NCBI GenBank assembly: GCA_025060595.1
Contig: JANXBX010000006.1
Coordinates: 65,657-129,656, forward strand
Reading direction: 5' to 3'
Origin: Synergistota bacterium
GTDB taxonomy: Bacteria; Synergistota; GBS-1
DNA length: 64,000 bases
The notes under the pieces were generated by a model. That model did no database searches. It was not told the origin of the DNA and worked only from the letters and a program-made list of their open reading frames with translations. Made by a program: the position numbers and the translations under genes. Positions within the stretch are counted from its first letter, which is position 1. Each line of letters starts with the position of its first letter. Shown here piece after piece: positions 1 to 9,398 of this stretch.

Positions 1-521
1 TATCACTCCAGAGGGAAGATGTGCCCATACATGAATTCCGAAGATAGCATCTACATCATTTAAATGCCCCTCATCAACGACCTTTTTCGCTCCAGCTCCA
101 CCTTCCTCAGCTGGTTGAAAGATGAGCTTTACTTTACCACGAATATTATCTTTAACCTCAGCCAATATCTTAGCTGAGGCAAGCAGCATAGCAGTGTGCG
201 CATCGTGCCCACAAGCATGCATCTTGCCAGGAACTTTAGACTTGTAAGGAACATCATTTTCTTCCTCTACAGGTAAAGCATCCATGTCTGCCCTGAGGGC
301 AACGGTCTTTCCCTTCTCGCTACCCACAATAACCCCCACAACGCCCGTCTGAGCCGCTTTAAATACTTTAAATCCCAGACTCCCTAGCTCTTCTTCCACA
401 AACTGAGAGGTTCTGAATTCCTCAAACCTAAGCTCTGGATGCTGATGAAGATCTCTCCTAACTTTAACTATATAGGGCTCTAACTCCTTAGCGATCTCCT
501 TGATCCTATCTTCCACATTCA
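1..521 (-). CDS. M20D family amidohydrolase (aminoacylase / hippurate hydrolase / AbgA-like). N-terminal part only; the C-terminus runs off the window start.
   Basis: Reverse-strand translation gives MNVEDRIKEIAKELEPYIVKVRRDLHQHPELRFEEF...KMHACGHDAHTAMLLASAKIL...LIFQPAEEGGAGAKKVV. The HPEL and HACGHD metal-binding motifs are typical of M20D amidohydrolases. It is adjacent to AbgT. Confidence 0.8.
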
Positions 522-533
522 CCCTAATCCCCC

Positions 534-2060
534 CTACTTAAGTCTTATGCCAGCTCCTGGTCCCACCGGAAGGCCTAAGAAATACCATATTATCGCCATA
601 ATTATCCAAGTCACTAAGAACAGCATAGAATATAAGAAGGTCCTTGAAATTATAGTACCTATACCTACGTCTTTTTTGTAAATTGAGGCATAACCTATAA
701 CTATCGGGAAGTAAGTCATAAGCGGAGTAAATGAGTTAGTGCTTGAATCACCTATTCTGTATAAAACTAATGTCCACTCAGGAGTATAACCAAGATAGTA
801 CATCATGGGTACTATAACAGGAGCCATAAACGCCCATTTGGTAGAACCGCTTGTTATGAAAAGATTTATGAAGGTTGAAATCAATGTGATGGCAACAAAT
901 AAACCTATTCCTGTGAACCCTGCACCCTTAAGGAAGTCCGCAAGCTTTATAGCAAGCACAGAGGCCATGTTTGTCTGAGTAAAGGTATAAATGAAGTTAG
1001 CTATGGGAAGTATTATAACGATATACGATGCCATAGTTTTCATGCTTTCCACCATGTAGTTAACCATGTCAGTTGGCCTCTTGATCTTTTCCATGCTCTT
1101 ACCATAGACATATCCTCCTATCACAAAAAAGATAAAGAGTATCGGAACCATGCCTTCAAGGAGAGTAGATGGTACTATCGTATTCTTGGCAGGGTCTCTT
1201 AAAGGACCACCGGGAATAAACGTTAGCAAAAGAACTATTAAAAGATATATGCCAGAAGACCATAAGGCTTTCCTAAGCGCACTAATCTCCTTGTCACTAA
1301 GATGACTTAAATACTCAGGTGGGACTTGCGCACGATCATACTCTTCCTCCCATTTAGCGAATCTCGGCATAGCATACTTTATGGTGAATATAGTACCAAC
1401 TATGGTAAGCACGAAGGTCGAAACTACCATAAAGTAATAATTAGCGGTAGGATATACGCTATACTTGGGATTTACCGCCTTAACAGCGGTATCAGTAATC
1501 CCCGCAAGCAAGATATCAGTACCAGCTATAAATAAGTTAGCGGTGAAACCTGAAGCTGCTGCAACATAGCCTAAAATAAGCCCAAAGATCGGATCCTGTC
1601 TTCTTGAATAAAATAAAGCCGCTGATAAAGGAGGAATGATGACTAAAGCCGCATCGGAAGCTAAATTACCGCAAATGCCGAAAATAAAAATAGCTGGTAT
1701 AAGATACTTGTCCGAGACTCTCGTCATGGTCCTCATGAGAGCCGGGATGAAACCCACCTTTTCAGCAAATCCAGCAGCCATAACCATAACTAACACCAAA
1801 CCTAATGGTGGGAACTTCGCAAAATTGGAAACCACGTTATTAAGGATCCAAGCGAGACCGCTCCTATTTAAAAGGCTTATCACTTTTATCTCCTTACCCT
1901 TTGAAGGATCTATAGCGGAGGCTCCTTCAAACACACCAGAGAGTAATATTACTAAAATCCAAAGAAAAAGGAAAATCCAGAACATATGCGGAAGCTTGTT
2001 ACCTACCCTTTCTATCCAGTTGACAAAACGTGTTAGAGCACTTCCCCTAGCTTCGGACAT
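534..2060 (-). CDS. abgT: AbgT family transporter (p-aminobenzoyl-glutamate / short peptide uptake)
   Basis: A 508-aa polytopic membrane protein. The overall sequence (MSEARGSALTRFVNWIERVGNKLPHMFWIFLFL...) is recognisable as the AbgT family. It pairs with the M20 amidohydrolase next door. Confidence 0.8.
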   Translation of the reverse strand: MSEARGSALTRFVNWIERVGNKLPHMFWIFLFLWILVILLSGVFEGASAIDPSKGKEIKVISLLNRSGLAWILNNVVSNFAKFPPLGLVLVMVMAAGFAEKVGFIPALMRTMTRVSDKYLIPAIFIFGICGNLASDAALVIIPPLSAALFYSRRQDPIFGLILGYVAAASGFTANLFIAGTDILLAGITDTAVKAVNPKYSVYPTANYYFMVVSTFVLTIVGTIFTIKYAMPRFAKWEEEYDRAQVPPEYLSHLSDKEISALRKALWSSGIYLLIVLLLTFIPGGPLRDPAKNTIVPSTLLEGMVPILFIFFVIGGYVYGKSMEKIKRPTDMVNYMVESMKTMASYIVIILPIANFIYTFTQTNMASVLAIKLADFLKGAGFTGIGLFVAITLISTFINLFITSGSTKWAFMAPVIVPMMYYLGYTPEWTLVLYRIGDSSTNSFTPLMTYFPIVIGYASIYKKDVGIGTIISRTFLYSMLFLVTWIIMAIIWYFLGLPVGPGAGIRLK

Positions 2061-2137
2061 ATCCCTACCCCCCTCGCTAAATAAGATTTTAACAACTTAC
2101 ACTACTATAATTATAACATGCTTAAATTAATCATAAT

Positions 2138-3796
2138 TTATCCTCTATCATCTACATTCGCAGCCAAGACAGCCACTATCTCTCCTTTGTCATTTCTAAC
2201 GGGACAAGATACCGCAAAAGCAGGTCTATTTGTTCCCAAACTCACGTAGGGCTCCCCAACAAAGGGCTCACCCTTCAAAGCGCCTTGGAACCAGGGCCTA
2301 AAAGACCAATCGATATTCCTATCAAGCTTAGAATCAGCGTGGATTATCTTACCGTTTAAACCAACAAGAAGGGGCGTTCTTATGTAAGGATGGCCCTGAA
2401 AGGCCTTATCAAAAAGAGGAATTAAACGATTAAGTTCAAGATTTTTAAACTCTGGAGTTTCAGCTAACTTCAAGAGTACACTTAAGCTTTCTTTGGCCAT
2501 GCGCTCCTTGGTTTCTTTGCTCCACGTTTCCTTAGTATATTGACCAGCTATATTCCTCAATCGACCAGCTACATCAACAAGTCTCTTAACATAGCCCTCT
2601 ATATGCTCTATGGCGGTGCTCTGTTCATTTATGGAAGCGGTAACTTCCTGGATACTTGCTGCCATCTCTTGAGAAAGGGAGGCCAACCTTTCAGACTCAT
2701 GGGCTATCTCGTTTAATCTCTCAACCTGCCCCTTAACCTTATCATCTATAAGATCTAAGGCCCTAGAAACCTCAGAGAAGGTTTGGGAAAATCTATCTAA
2801 GGAAGATACAACCTCTTCACCCTTTTTCAAGTTACCTTTAACAAGCTCAGCTCCCTTAGTTACCTCGGCAGCTACAGATGTAGCATTTCCCCTCATCTCC
2901 TTAGCTAGCGTAGCTATATCCAAAGCCGAAGCTCTCGATCTTGTAGCGAGCTTTCTTACCTCTTCAGCCACAACAGCAAAGCCCCTTCCGCTTTCCCCAG
3001 CTCGAGCAGCCTCTATAGCAGCGTTCAAGGCTAAAAGATTGGTTTGCTCAGCTATCTCAGCCAAGGTATCGACAAAACGATTAATCTGCTCCATTTGCTC
3101 AGCGAGCTCCAACACCCTTTTAGCGGTCTCCTCATTGGAAATTGTAACCTGTCTTATATCTCTCAACAGCGATCCCATCTTTTCCTTAACCTCTTGAGAT
3201 AAAACCTCTGCTTCACCAGATAACTTCCTTACACCCGATGTAGTGCTCGATATATCCTGTGCCAAAGAAGCTAAAGCCTCTATGCTATTAGCTACCTTCT
3301 GAGCTACCCCAGCCTCTTCATCAGCGGCAGTAGATACCTCATTCATGGCATTAGATGCCTCCTTCAACCCTTTCCTGTTAATTTCAACATCTTTATCAAG
3401 AAGAGATATAAAGTGGCTAAGCTCCTCCGAGCTTCTCTGAACATTGCCTATTAATTTGAAGAAGACATCAAGAAGAGGTAAGATAGCATTTCTGACATTT
3501 TGAGGGAACCCCTCCTTCCTTCTGAGAAGAGCGTGATCAACACCTACGATATCGCCGCTCCCTAGGAGCTTAATCAGAGCCTCAATCCTAGACAAAAACC
3601 TTAAATCCTTTAAGGCCCAAAATAGACCAAAGATACCGCTACCTACACCCAGGATGGCCAAGCCCAATGGTAGCGACAGTCGAGCCCAGGGAATCCCCCT
3701 TAAAAAATAAATAATAACTATAAACTCTAAAAAAAGACCTGTTAAAATAAATAGAGCGAATACTCTGATTTTCAAGGCAAAAATCCCTCCTCCCAT
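2138..3796 (-). CDS. Methyl-accepting chemotaxis protein. It has two N-terminal TM helices, a HAMP-like segment, an MCP signalling domain and a C-terminal Cache-like domain.
   Basis: MCP signature [31 protein letters not shown]. The C-terminal ~130 aa ([48 protein letters not shown]) resembles the Cache sensor signature. Confidence 0.8.
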   Translation of the reverse strand: MGGGIFALKIRVFALFILTGLFLEFIVIIYFLRGIPWARLSLPLGLAILGVGSGIFGLFWALKDLRFLSRIEALIKLLGSGDIVGVDHALLRRKEGFPQNVRNAILPLLDVFFKLIGNVQRSSEELSHFISLLDKDVEINRKGLKEASNAMNEVSTAADEEAGVAQKVANSIEALASLAQDISSTTSGVRKLSGEAEVLSQEVKEKMGSLLRDIRQVTISNEETAKRVLELAEQMEQINRFVDTLAEIAEQTNLLALNAAIEAARAGESGRGFAVVAEEVRKLATRSRASALDIATLAKEMRGNATSVAAEVTKGAELVKGNLKKGEEVVSSLDRFSQTFSEVSRALDLIDDKVKGQVERLNEIAHESERLASLSQEMAASIQEVTASINEQSTAIEHIEGYVKRLVDVAGRLRNIAGQYTKETWSKETKERMAKESLSVLLKLAETPEFKNLELNRLIPLFDKAFQGHPYIRTPLLVGLNGKIIHADSKLDRNIDWSFRPWFQGALKGEPFVGEPYVSLGTNRPAFAVSCPVRNDKGEIVAVLAANVDDRG

Positions 3797-3827
3797 TAAA
3801 TTTTAAAAACATGAAAACCTAAAATAA

Positions 3828-5033
3828 ATGATAGCATGTCTAAAAAAACGGTCAAGGTTTTGCTATCATATTCCTATGATAAAGCTATTCCAAAAACTAG
3901 AAAGGGTAAGCTTAATAGACAGGTTGAATCGATTTACACTTTTAGTCTCAAACGATAAGGGAGATATTATGAAAGCCTATCTTCCTAATTCAGGTAGCCT
4001 AGAGGAGTTATTAATCCCCGGTAGAGTTATATTAGTTACTCAAAATCCCGGTGGAGGACTGCCTCTTAGGGTAGCAGGAACCATAGATGAAGATGGAAAC
4101 GCAATAATGATAGACTCCTTAAAGATTAATGAGATATTCCCGGCAATTATAAATAATATCCCCTCATTAAAAGGATATAGTATATCCCAAAGAGAGGTGA
4201 GATATAAAAACGCAAGATTCGATTTTCTACTAGAGAAAGAGGGAGAAAAGCTTATATTAGAAATTAAGGGATGTACCCTATTTACACAAGATGTGGCATC
4301 CTTTCCAGACGCTCCTACTAAAAGAGGAGTCAAACATTTAAAGCTGCTTTCAGACCTGCAATCAGACCTTAAAGGTGGTATCCTCTTTTTAATCCAAAAG
4401 CCGGTTAAATATTTCCTGCCTAACTTTCATACAGATTTAGAGTTCGCAAGGGAGATATTCAAGGCAAAGGATAAAATTCTTATAGAAGCTATAAGCTTAA
4501 AATGGGATGAAGAGTTAAACCTTATCGAAGATTCCATATCTAAGGTGGAAATCCCCTGGGAAGCAACTAAGCCCTTCTTAGAGGACAAAGGTGTATATCT
4601 GATACTCATGTTTAACGAGAAAGATAAACAGATAAGCTTCTCAAGAGGATTAAGGGAAAAATCTGCCCTTTTCCCCAGAGGCTTTTACATATATACCGGT
4701 TCAGCGTTAAAGGGACTCTCCTCAAGGATAAAGAGACATATTAAAAAAGAAGGAAAAAACTTCTGGCATATAGATTATATAAAAAGACACATGAAAACTC
4801 TAAAAGCTATAACCATAAAAAGCCCTAACAAGATAGAGTGCGAAATAGCTAATGAGCTTATGACAATAGCAGATAGCTACATCCTAAACTTCGGATCAAG
4901 CGACTGCAACTGCAAAAGCCACTTACTTTATTTCCAAAAAGATCCAAGAAAAATGGATAAATTTATTAAAACTATATTAAAATTTAGATTCGACATTATA
5001 AAAGACATTGTTGAAAGGACTTCGCAATGGTAA
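3828..5033 (+). CDS. sfsA: SfsA (sugar fermentation stimulation protein A) domain fused to a C-terminal DUF123 / GIY-YIG-like nuclease domain
   Basis: The N-terminal ~235 aa carry SfsA hallmarks (LIDRLNRF..., SFPDAPTKRGVKHLKLLSDL). The C-terminal ~130 aa carry GVYLIL...FYIYTGSALKGLSSRIKRH...FWHIDYI, a GIY-YIG-like DUF123 signature. The true start may be the internal Met at ~3876. Confidence 0.7.
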   Translation: MIACLKKRSRFCYHIPMIKLFQKLERVSLIDRLNRFTLLVSNDKGDIMKAYLPNSGSLEELLIPGRVILVTQNPGGGLPLRVAGTIDEDGNAIMIDSLKINEIFPAIINNIPSLKGYSISQREVRYKNARFDFLLEKEGEKLILEIKGCTLFTQDVASFPDAPTKRGVKHLKLLSDLQSDLKGGILFLIQKPVKYFLPNFHTDLEFAREIFKAKDKILIEAISLKWDEELNLIEDSISKVEIPWEATKPFLEDKGVYLILMFNEKDKQISFSRGLREKSALFPRGFYIYTGSALKGLSSRIKRHIKKEGKNFWHIDYIKRHMKTLKAITIKSPNKIECEIANELMTIADSYILNFGSSDCNCKSHLLYFQKDPRKMDKFIKTILKFRFDIIKDIVERTSQW

Positions 5034-5056
5034 AATAGCATCAAGGGGGTGCCTTT

Positions 5057-5722
5057 ATGAATAGACACAGAGTGGGATTAATAAGGGTTCTAACTATAGA
5101 AAACGAGGAGCTTTTAAACGCTCATGGCAGAATGATAGAAAAGGCCTTCCCTGAACTTAAAGTTATAAGCAAATGCATAGAGGATCAACCAAATGGAATT
5201 TACGATGAAGAAACAGAAAGAATAGCAAAGCCAAAGATTTTACGGTTAATCAGAGAATTCGAGGAAAAGGAAAGCGTTGAAGCTATAATCATAAGCTGTG
5301 CTGCGGATCCGGCAGTTGAAGAGGCAAGGGAAACATCGAAGATACCAGTAATAGGCGCAGGGTCTTCCTCTGCTGCAATGGCATTGGCCCTTGGTAAAAA
5401 GGTGGGGGTGCTAAACTTAACGGAAAAAACACCGAAGGTTTTCAAAAGCATTTTAAAGGAAAACTTGGTTGCCGAAGATAGCCCCGAAGGAGTTAAAAAC
5501 ACCTTAGATCTCCTAACCGATTGGGGCAAGGAAAAGGCATTGGAAGCCGCCATAAGGTTAAAGGAAAGAGGATCTCAGGTTATAGCTTTCGCCTGCACTG
5601 GATATTCAACGATCGAGCTCGCCCCCTTACTGGAGAAAGAGATTAAAATCCCCATAGTAGATGCAGTCTTAGCCTCAGGAGCAGTTACACTTTATGCTTT
5701 AAAGATATTTAAAGGTAGGTGA
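5057..5722 (+). CDS. Asp/Glu/hydantoin racemase family protein
   Basis: A 221-aa protein with the layout typical of the Asp/Glu/hydantoin racemase (arylmalonate decarboxylase / maleate isomerase) fold, including AIIISCAADPAVEEA and VIAFACTGYST segments. Confidence 0.6.
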   Translation: MNRHRVGLIRVLTIENEELLNAHGRMIEKAFPELKVISKCIEDQPNGIYDEETERIAKPKILRLIREFEEKESVEAIIISCAADPAVEEARETSKIPVIGAGSSSAAMALALGKKVGVLNLTEKTPKVFKSILKENLVAEDSPEGVKNTLDLLTDWGKEKALEAAIRLKERGSQVIAFACTGYSTIELAPLLEKEIKIPIVDAVLASGAVTLYALKIFKGR

Positions 5723-5729
5723 GAAGAGC

Positions 5730-6812
5730 ATGATACTGAAGGTGAATGAAAAAATCGCTGAGGCTGCAGTTTTAGGAGGGGCCTTTCTAGGCGGCGGTGG
5801 AGGCGGAGATTTAAAGTTAGGGCTTTCTCACGCCATCTTAGCACTAGGCTTAGGTGAAATAGTAATAGCAGATATAGATAGTTTACCTCAAGATAGCTAT
5901 ATAGTAACTGCATCCTTAGTAGGTGCCCCAGCTGCAAAGGAAAGATACGTACTTCCATCACACATGGTCAAATCCTTCGAGTTGCTAAGGGAAACAATTA
6001 AACTTGAAATTAATGGAATAATATCCTCTGAAAACGGTGGATACTCAACTATAAATGGATGGATAGTTTCAGCACTTACCGGTATACCAATAGTAGATGC
6101 GCCTGCAGATGGAAGAGCTCATCCAACAGGAGTAATGGGGGCTATGGGATTACACAAACTTAGAGATTATATATCAATCCAAACTGCCGTAGGAGGAAAT
6201 AAGGATGAGGGAAGATATACAGAAATCCTCGTTAAGGGAAGCCTTGAAAGAGCCTCAAGGATGGTAAGAGAGGCTGCGGTTCAAGCTGGAGGCTTAGTAG
6301 CGGTAACAAGAAACCCTGTAAAAAGGGAGTACGTTAAGGAAAACGGAGCTATCGGAGGAATAACACAAGCAATAGAGATCGGAGGGCTTATGAAAAAATA
6401 CAAAGATGATCCATACACGCTATCAGAGAAGATCATAGCTTACTTCGGCGAAGGAAAAATAATAGACAAGGTAAGAATAGAAGAAGTATCTTTAAAGACC
6501 GAGGGAGGCTTCGATGTTGGGAAAATAATGGTTAAAGGGGAAAAAGACAGCTATGAAATAACCTTCTGGAATGAATTTATGACCTTGGAGAGCTTAAGCG
6601 GTGAAAGGCTCGGAACCTTCCCAGACCTTATATCCATGATAGAAATTGGGAGCTCTATCCCTCTAACTTCCTCTCAGGCGAAGGAAGGCATGGAAGCGCT
6701 TTTACTAGTGATACCAAAAGAGAAAATCCTTCTAGGCTCAGGCGTAAAGGACCCAGAGATTTTAAAAGGGATAGAAAAAGTTATAGGTAAAAAGATAGTA
6801 GGAGGCGATTAA
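5730..6812 (+). CDS. DUF917 family protein (hydantoinase / ASKHA-like)
   Basis: 360 aa. The N-terminal poly-Gly motif VLGGAFLGGGGGGD is characteristic of DUF917. It sits in an operon with racemase-fold proteins. Confidence 0.5.
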   Translation: MILKVNEKIAEAAVLGGAFLGGGGGGDLKLGLSHAILALGLGEIVIADIDSLPQDSYIVTASLVGAPAAKERYVLPSHMVKSFELLRETIKLEINGIISSENGGYSTINGWIVSALTGIPIVDAPADGRAHPTGVMGAMGLHKLRDYISIQTAVGGNKDEGRYTEILVKGSLERASRMVREAAVQAGGLVAVTRNPVKREYVKENGAIGGITQAIEIGGLMKKYKDDPYTLSEKIIAYFGEGKIIDKVRIEEVSLKTEGGFDVGKIMVKGEKDSYEITFWNEFMTLESLSGERLGTFPDLISMIEIGSSIPLTSSQAKEGMEALLLVIPKEKILLGSGVKDPEILKGIEKVIGKKIVGGD

Positions 6813-6814
6813 AA

Positions 6815-7753
6815 ATGCTAAAACAGGTCATTGAGGCATTTGAGCTTCTTGACAGCGCTTATATTAACGGGGAGAGGGTAAAAGAGGCCTTAAACCAGAG
6901 GGGTCTTAATAACGTGGAAGTTAAAAGGATCAGCGGAGAAAAGGGCTCTACAGATTTTATAAAGATCCTGATACCTGGTAAAAGAGGAAAATCCTCTGGT
7001 GGAAGCGCACATACTTTAGGAATAATAGGAAGGCTTGGAGGCATAGGAGCAAGACCAGAAAGAATTGGACTCGTATCTGACGCTGACGGAGCTATAACTG
7101 CCATAGCTGTAGCGCTAAAACTCGGAGACATGATTAAAAACGGTGACGTCCTTGAGGGAGATGTCATAATCGCAACTCACATATGTCCAAATGCTCCAAC
7201 CCAGCCTCATGAGCCTGTTCCCTTCATGGGTTCACCTGTTGATATGGCTACAATGAACAAGTTTGAGGTAGATCCCCAAATGGATGCTATATTATCTATA
7301 GATACCACTAGGGGAAACAGGATAATAAACGTTAGAGGCTTCGCCATAACTCCAACAGTAAAAGAGGGATGGATTTTAAGAGTAAGCGATGACCTTCTTG
7401 ACATAATGGGCTATGTAACAGGGAGAATGCCAGCGGTTGTTCCTATAACTATGCAAGATATAACTCCTTACGGCAACGGCATCTACCACCTAAATAGCAT
7501 CATGCAGCCTGCAACAGCAACAAATGCACCAGTTGTAGGAGTTGCCATCACCGCTGAGATCCCGGTTCCAGGTTGTGCTACCGGAGCAAGTCAAGCAATA
7601 GATATAGAGCTCGCTGGGAGATTTTGTATAGAGGTAGCAAAGGGATTTGGAAGAGGAAAGGTGAAGTTCTATAACGAAGAGGAGTTCAAAAGGTTAATAG
7701 AACTTTACGGTCCCATGAACCATCTGCAAGGGCTGGGGAGGCAATGCAAATGA
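6815..7753 (+). CDS. Hypothetical protein, possibly DUF1177 family
   Basis: 312 aa with no recognisable catalytic motif. It is co-operonic and tightly spaced with the DUF917 and AroM genes. Confidence 0.35.
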   Translation: MLKQVIEAFELLDSAYINGERVKEALNQRGLNNVEVKRISGEKGSTDFIKILIPGKRGKSSGGSAHTLGIIGRLGGIGARPERIGLVSDADGAITAIAVALKLGDMIKNGDVLEGDVIIATHICPNAPTQPHEPVPFMGSPVDMATMNKFEVDPQMDAILSIDTTRGNRIINVRGFAITPTVKEGWILRVSDDLLDIMGYVTGRMPAVVPITMQDITPYGNGIYHLNSIMQPATATNAPVVGVAITAEIPVPGCATGASQAIDIELAGRFCIEVAKGFGRGKVKFYNEEEFKRLIELYGPMNHLQGLGRQCK

Positions 7754-8406
7754 GGCTCGGCCTTATAACCATAGGTCAATCACCAAGGTCAGATGTAGTC
7801 CCAGAGATGCGACCATATATCAAAGATGTAGAGATATTCGAACTTGGCGCATTAGATGGTCTCTCCTTAGAGGAGATTAAAAAGCTTCATCCTAAAGAGG
7901 GAGAGCCAGTTTTGGTAAGTAGACTTAGGGATGGCACACAAGTTAAGCTAAACGGAAACATAATAGCCCAAAGATTAAAAGAGTGCGTGAAAAGGCTCGA
8001 AAATGAGGTAGATATAATAGGGCTATTGTGCACAGGAGAGTTTAAAGAGTTACGCTCAAATAAAATTCTAATTGAGCCATCTCTTATATTAACTAAGGTA
8101 GTTGAAGCTTTAAATGTTGAAAGACTCGGAGTGCTGATTCCCGAACCTGAACAAGAGGAGATGACCTTAAGAAAGTGGGATGGCAAGGCAAAAGAAATAT
8201 TGATAAGTAGCGTATCTCCTTATACCGGAAGGGAAGAGGATTTTTTAAGCGCTGGAGAGAAACTAAAGAACTGTGACATGGTGGTTTTAGACTGCATAGG
8301 CTACAACCTAAAGGTAAAAAGCCTTATAGGGAAAATAACAGAAAGACCGGTTCTCCTACCAAGAACCCTTATGGCAAGAGTTATAGGAGAGCTCTTAGAG
8401 AGGTGA
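7744..8406 (+). CDS. AroM family protein
   Basis: The N-terminal LGLITIGQSPRSDV is the AroM-family signature start. 220 aa. Confidence 0.55.
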   Translation: MQMRLGLITIGQSPRSDVVPEMRPYIKDVEIFELGALDGLSLEEIKKLHPKEGEPVLVSRLRDGTQVKLNGNIIAQRLKECVKRLENEVDIIGLLCTGEFKELRSNKILIEPSLILTKVVEALNVERLGVLIPEPEQEEMTLRKWDGKAKEILISSVSPYTGREEDFLSAGEKLKNCDMVVLDCIGYNLKVKSLIGKITERPVLLPRTLMARVIGELLER

Positions 8407-8413
8407 TGAAATA

Positions 8414-9382
8414 TTGAAAATAGAAATTAATAGGGATCTATATAGCGCCTGTGAGACAGCTTTAAGGGAATGCATGGGAGTAAAAGAAGATGAAATAGTG
8501 CTTATAATAGCTGACGAGGAAAAAAGAAATATAGGCTTACACCTATGGATAAAGGCAAAAGAGCTTAAAACGGAAGCAATATACGTAGAAATGTTACCGA
8601 GAAAGATGCACGGAGAAGAGCCACCCCTACCCATAGCTGAAGCTATGAAATCAGCAGATGTAGTTTTAGCACCTACCTCTAAATCCATAACGCATACCCT
8701 TGCTAAAAAGGAGGCTTGCGAACGTGGAACGAGAGTAGCAACCCTTCCTGGAATAACGGAAGACATATTTATAAGAACATTAAACGCGAACTATGAGGAA
8801 ATGCTTAAGATAACTAATAAAGTGGCAGACATCCTTGACGAAGGAGAAAACATTGAAATAATAACTTCCCTTGGAACACATTTAAGCTTTTCCATAAAGG
8901 GTAGAAAGGCTAAAAGAAGCACAGGGATATATAGAAAGGTTGGAGAGTGTGGCAACCTCCCTGGAGCGGAAGCTTTCATAGCTCCGGTAGAGGGGACGGC
9001 TCAAGGAGTAGCAATTATAGATGGATCGATGGCAGGAATAGGCTTGTTAAAGAAGCCTATTCGTCTAATAATTAATGAAGGAATGGTCAAAACTATAGAA
9101 GGAGGTGAAGAGGCGGAAAAGCTCAAAGATATTCTATCGAGGTATAGCGAAGAGGCGAAAAATATAGGAGAGTTTGGTATAGGAACTAATCCAAAAGCCA
9201 TGATAAGCGGAAACACTCTTGAAGATGAAAAGGTTTTGGGAACCATTCATATAGCGATAGGAAACAATATAGACTTTGGGGGAACGATCAAGGCACCAAT
9301 TCATCTTGATGGTGTAATAAAGGTTCCAACAGTTATCGTAGACGGAAGACCTCTCATAAGAGAGGGTAAGCTCCTAATTTAG
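8414..9382 (+). CDS. Peptidase M29-like (aminopeptidase T / AmpS family) protein
   Basis: TTG start. 322 aa. Conserved C-terminal GTIHIAIGNN...HLDGV block, as in thermophilic M29 aminopeptidases. Confidence 0.55.
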   Translation: MKIEINRDLYSACETALRECMGVKEDEIVLIIADEEKRNIGLHLWIKAKELKTEAIYVEMLPRKMHGEEPPLPIAEAMKSADVVLAPTSKSITHTLAKKEACERGTRVATLPGITEDIFIRTLNANYEEMLKITNKVADILDEGENIEIITSLGTHLSFSIKGRKAKRSTGIYRKVGECGNLPGAEAFIAPVEGTAQGVAIIDGSMAGIGLLKKPIRLIINEGMVKTIEGGEEAEKLKDILSRYSEEAKNIGEFGIGTNPKAMISGNTLEDEKVLGTIHIAIGNNIDFGGTIKAPIHLDGVIKVPTVIVDGRPLIREGKLLI

Positions 9383-9398
9383 AAAGGAGGGGAATCAA

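Noticed and set aside
1326-2130. Plus-strand ORFs of 69 and 164 aa inside the abgT region
   Set aside because: They lie entirely within and antisense to a well-supported 508-aa transporter gene. Their composition is low-complexity and Ser/Ile/Lys-rich. They are shadow ORFs.
4040-4609. Minus-strand 97-aa and 60-aa ORFs inside the sfsA fusion gene
   Set aside because: They are antisense to a gene with clear family motifs, have no RBS, and their composition is odd. They are spurious.
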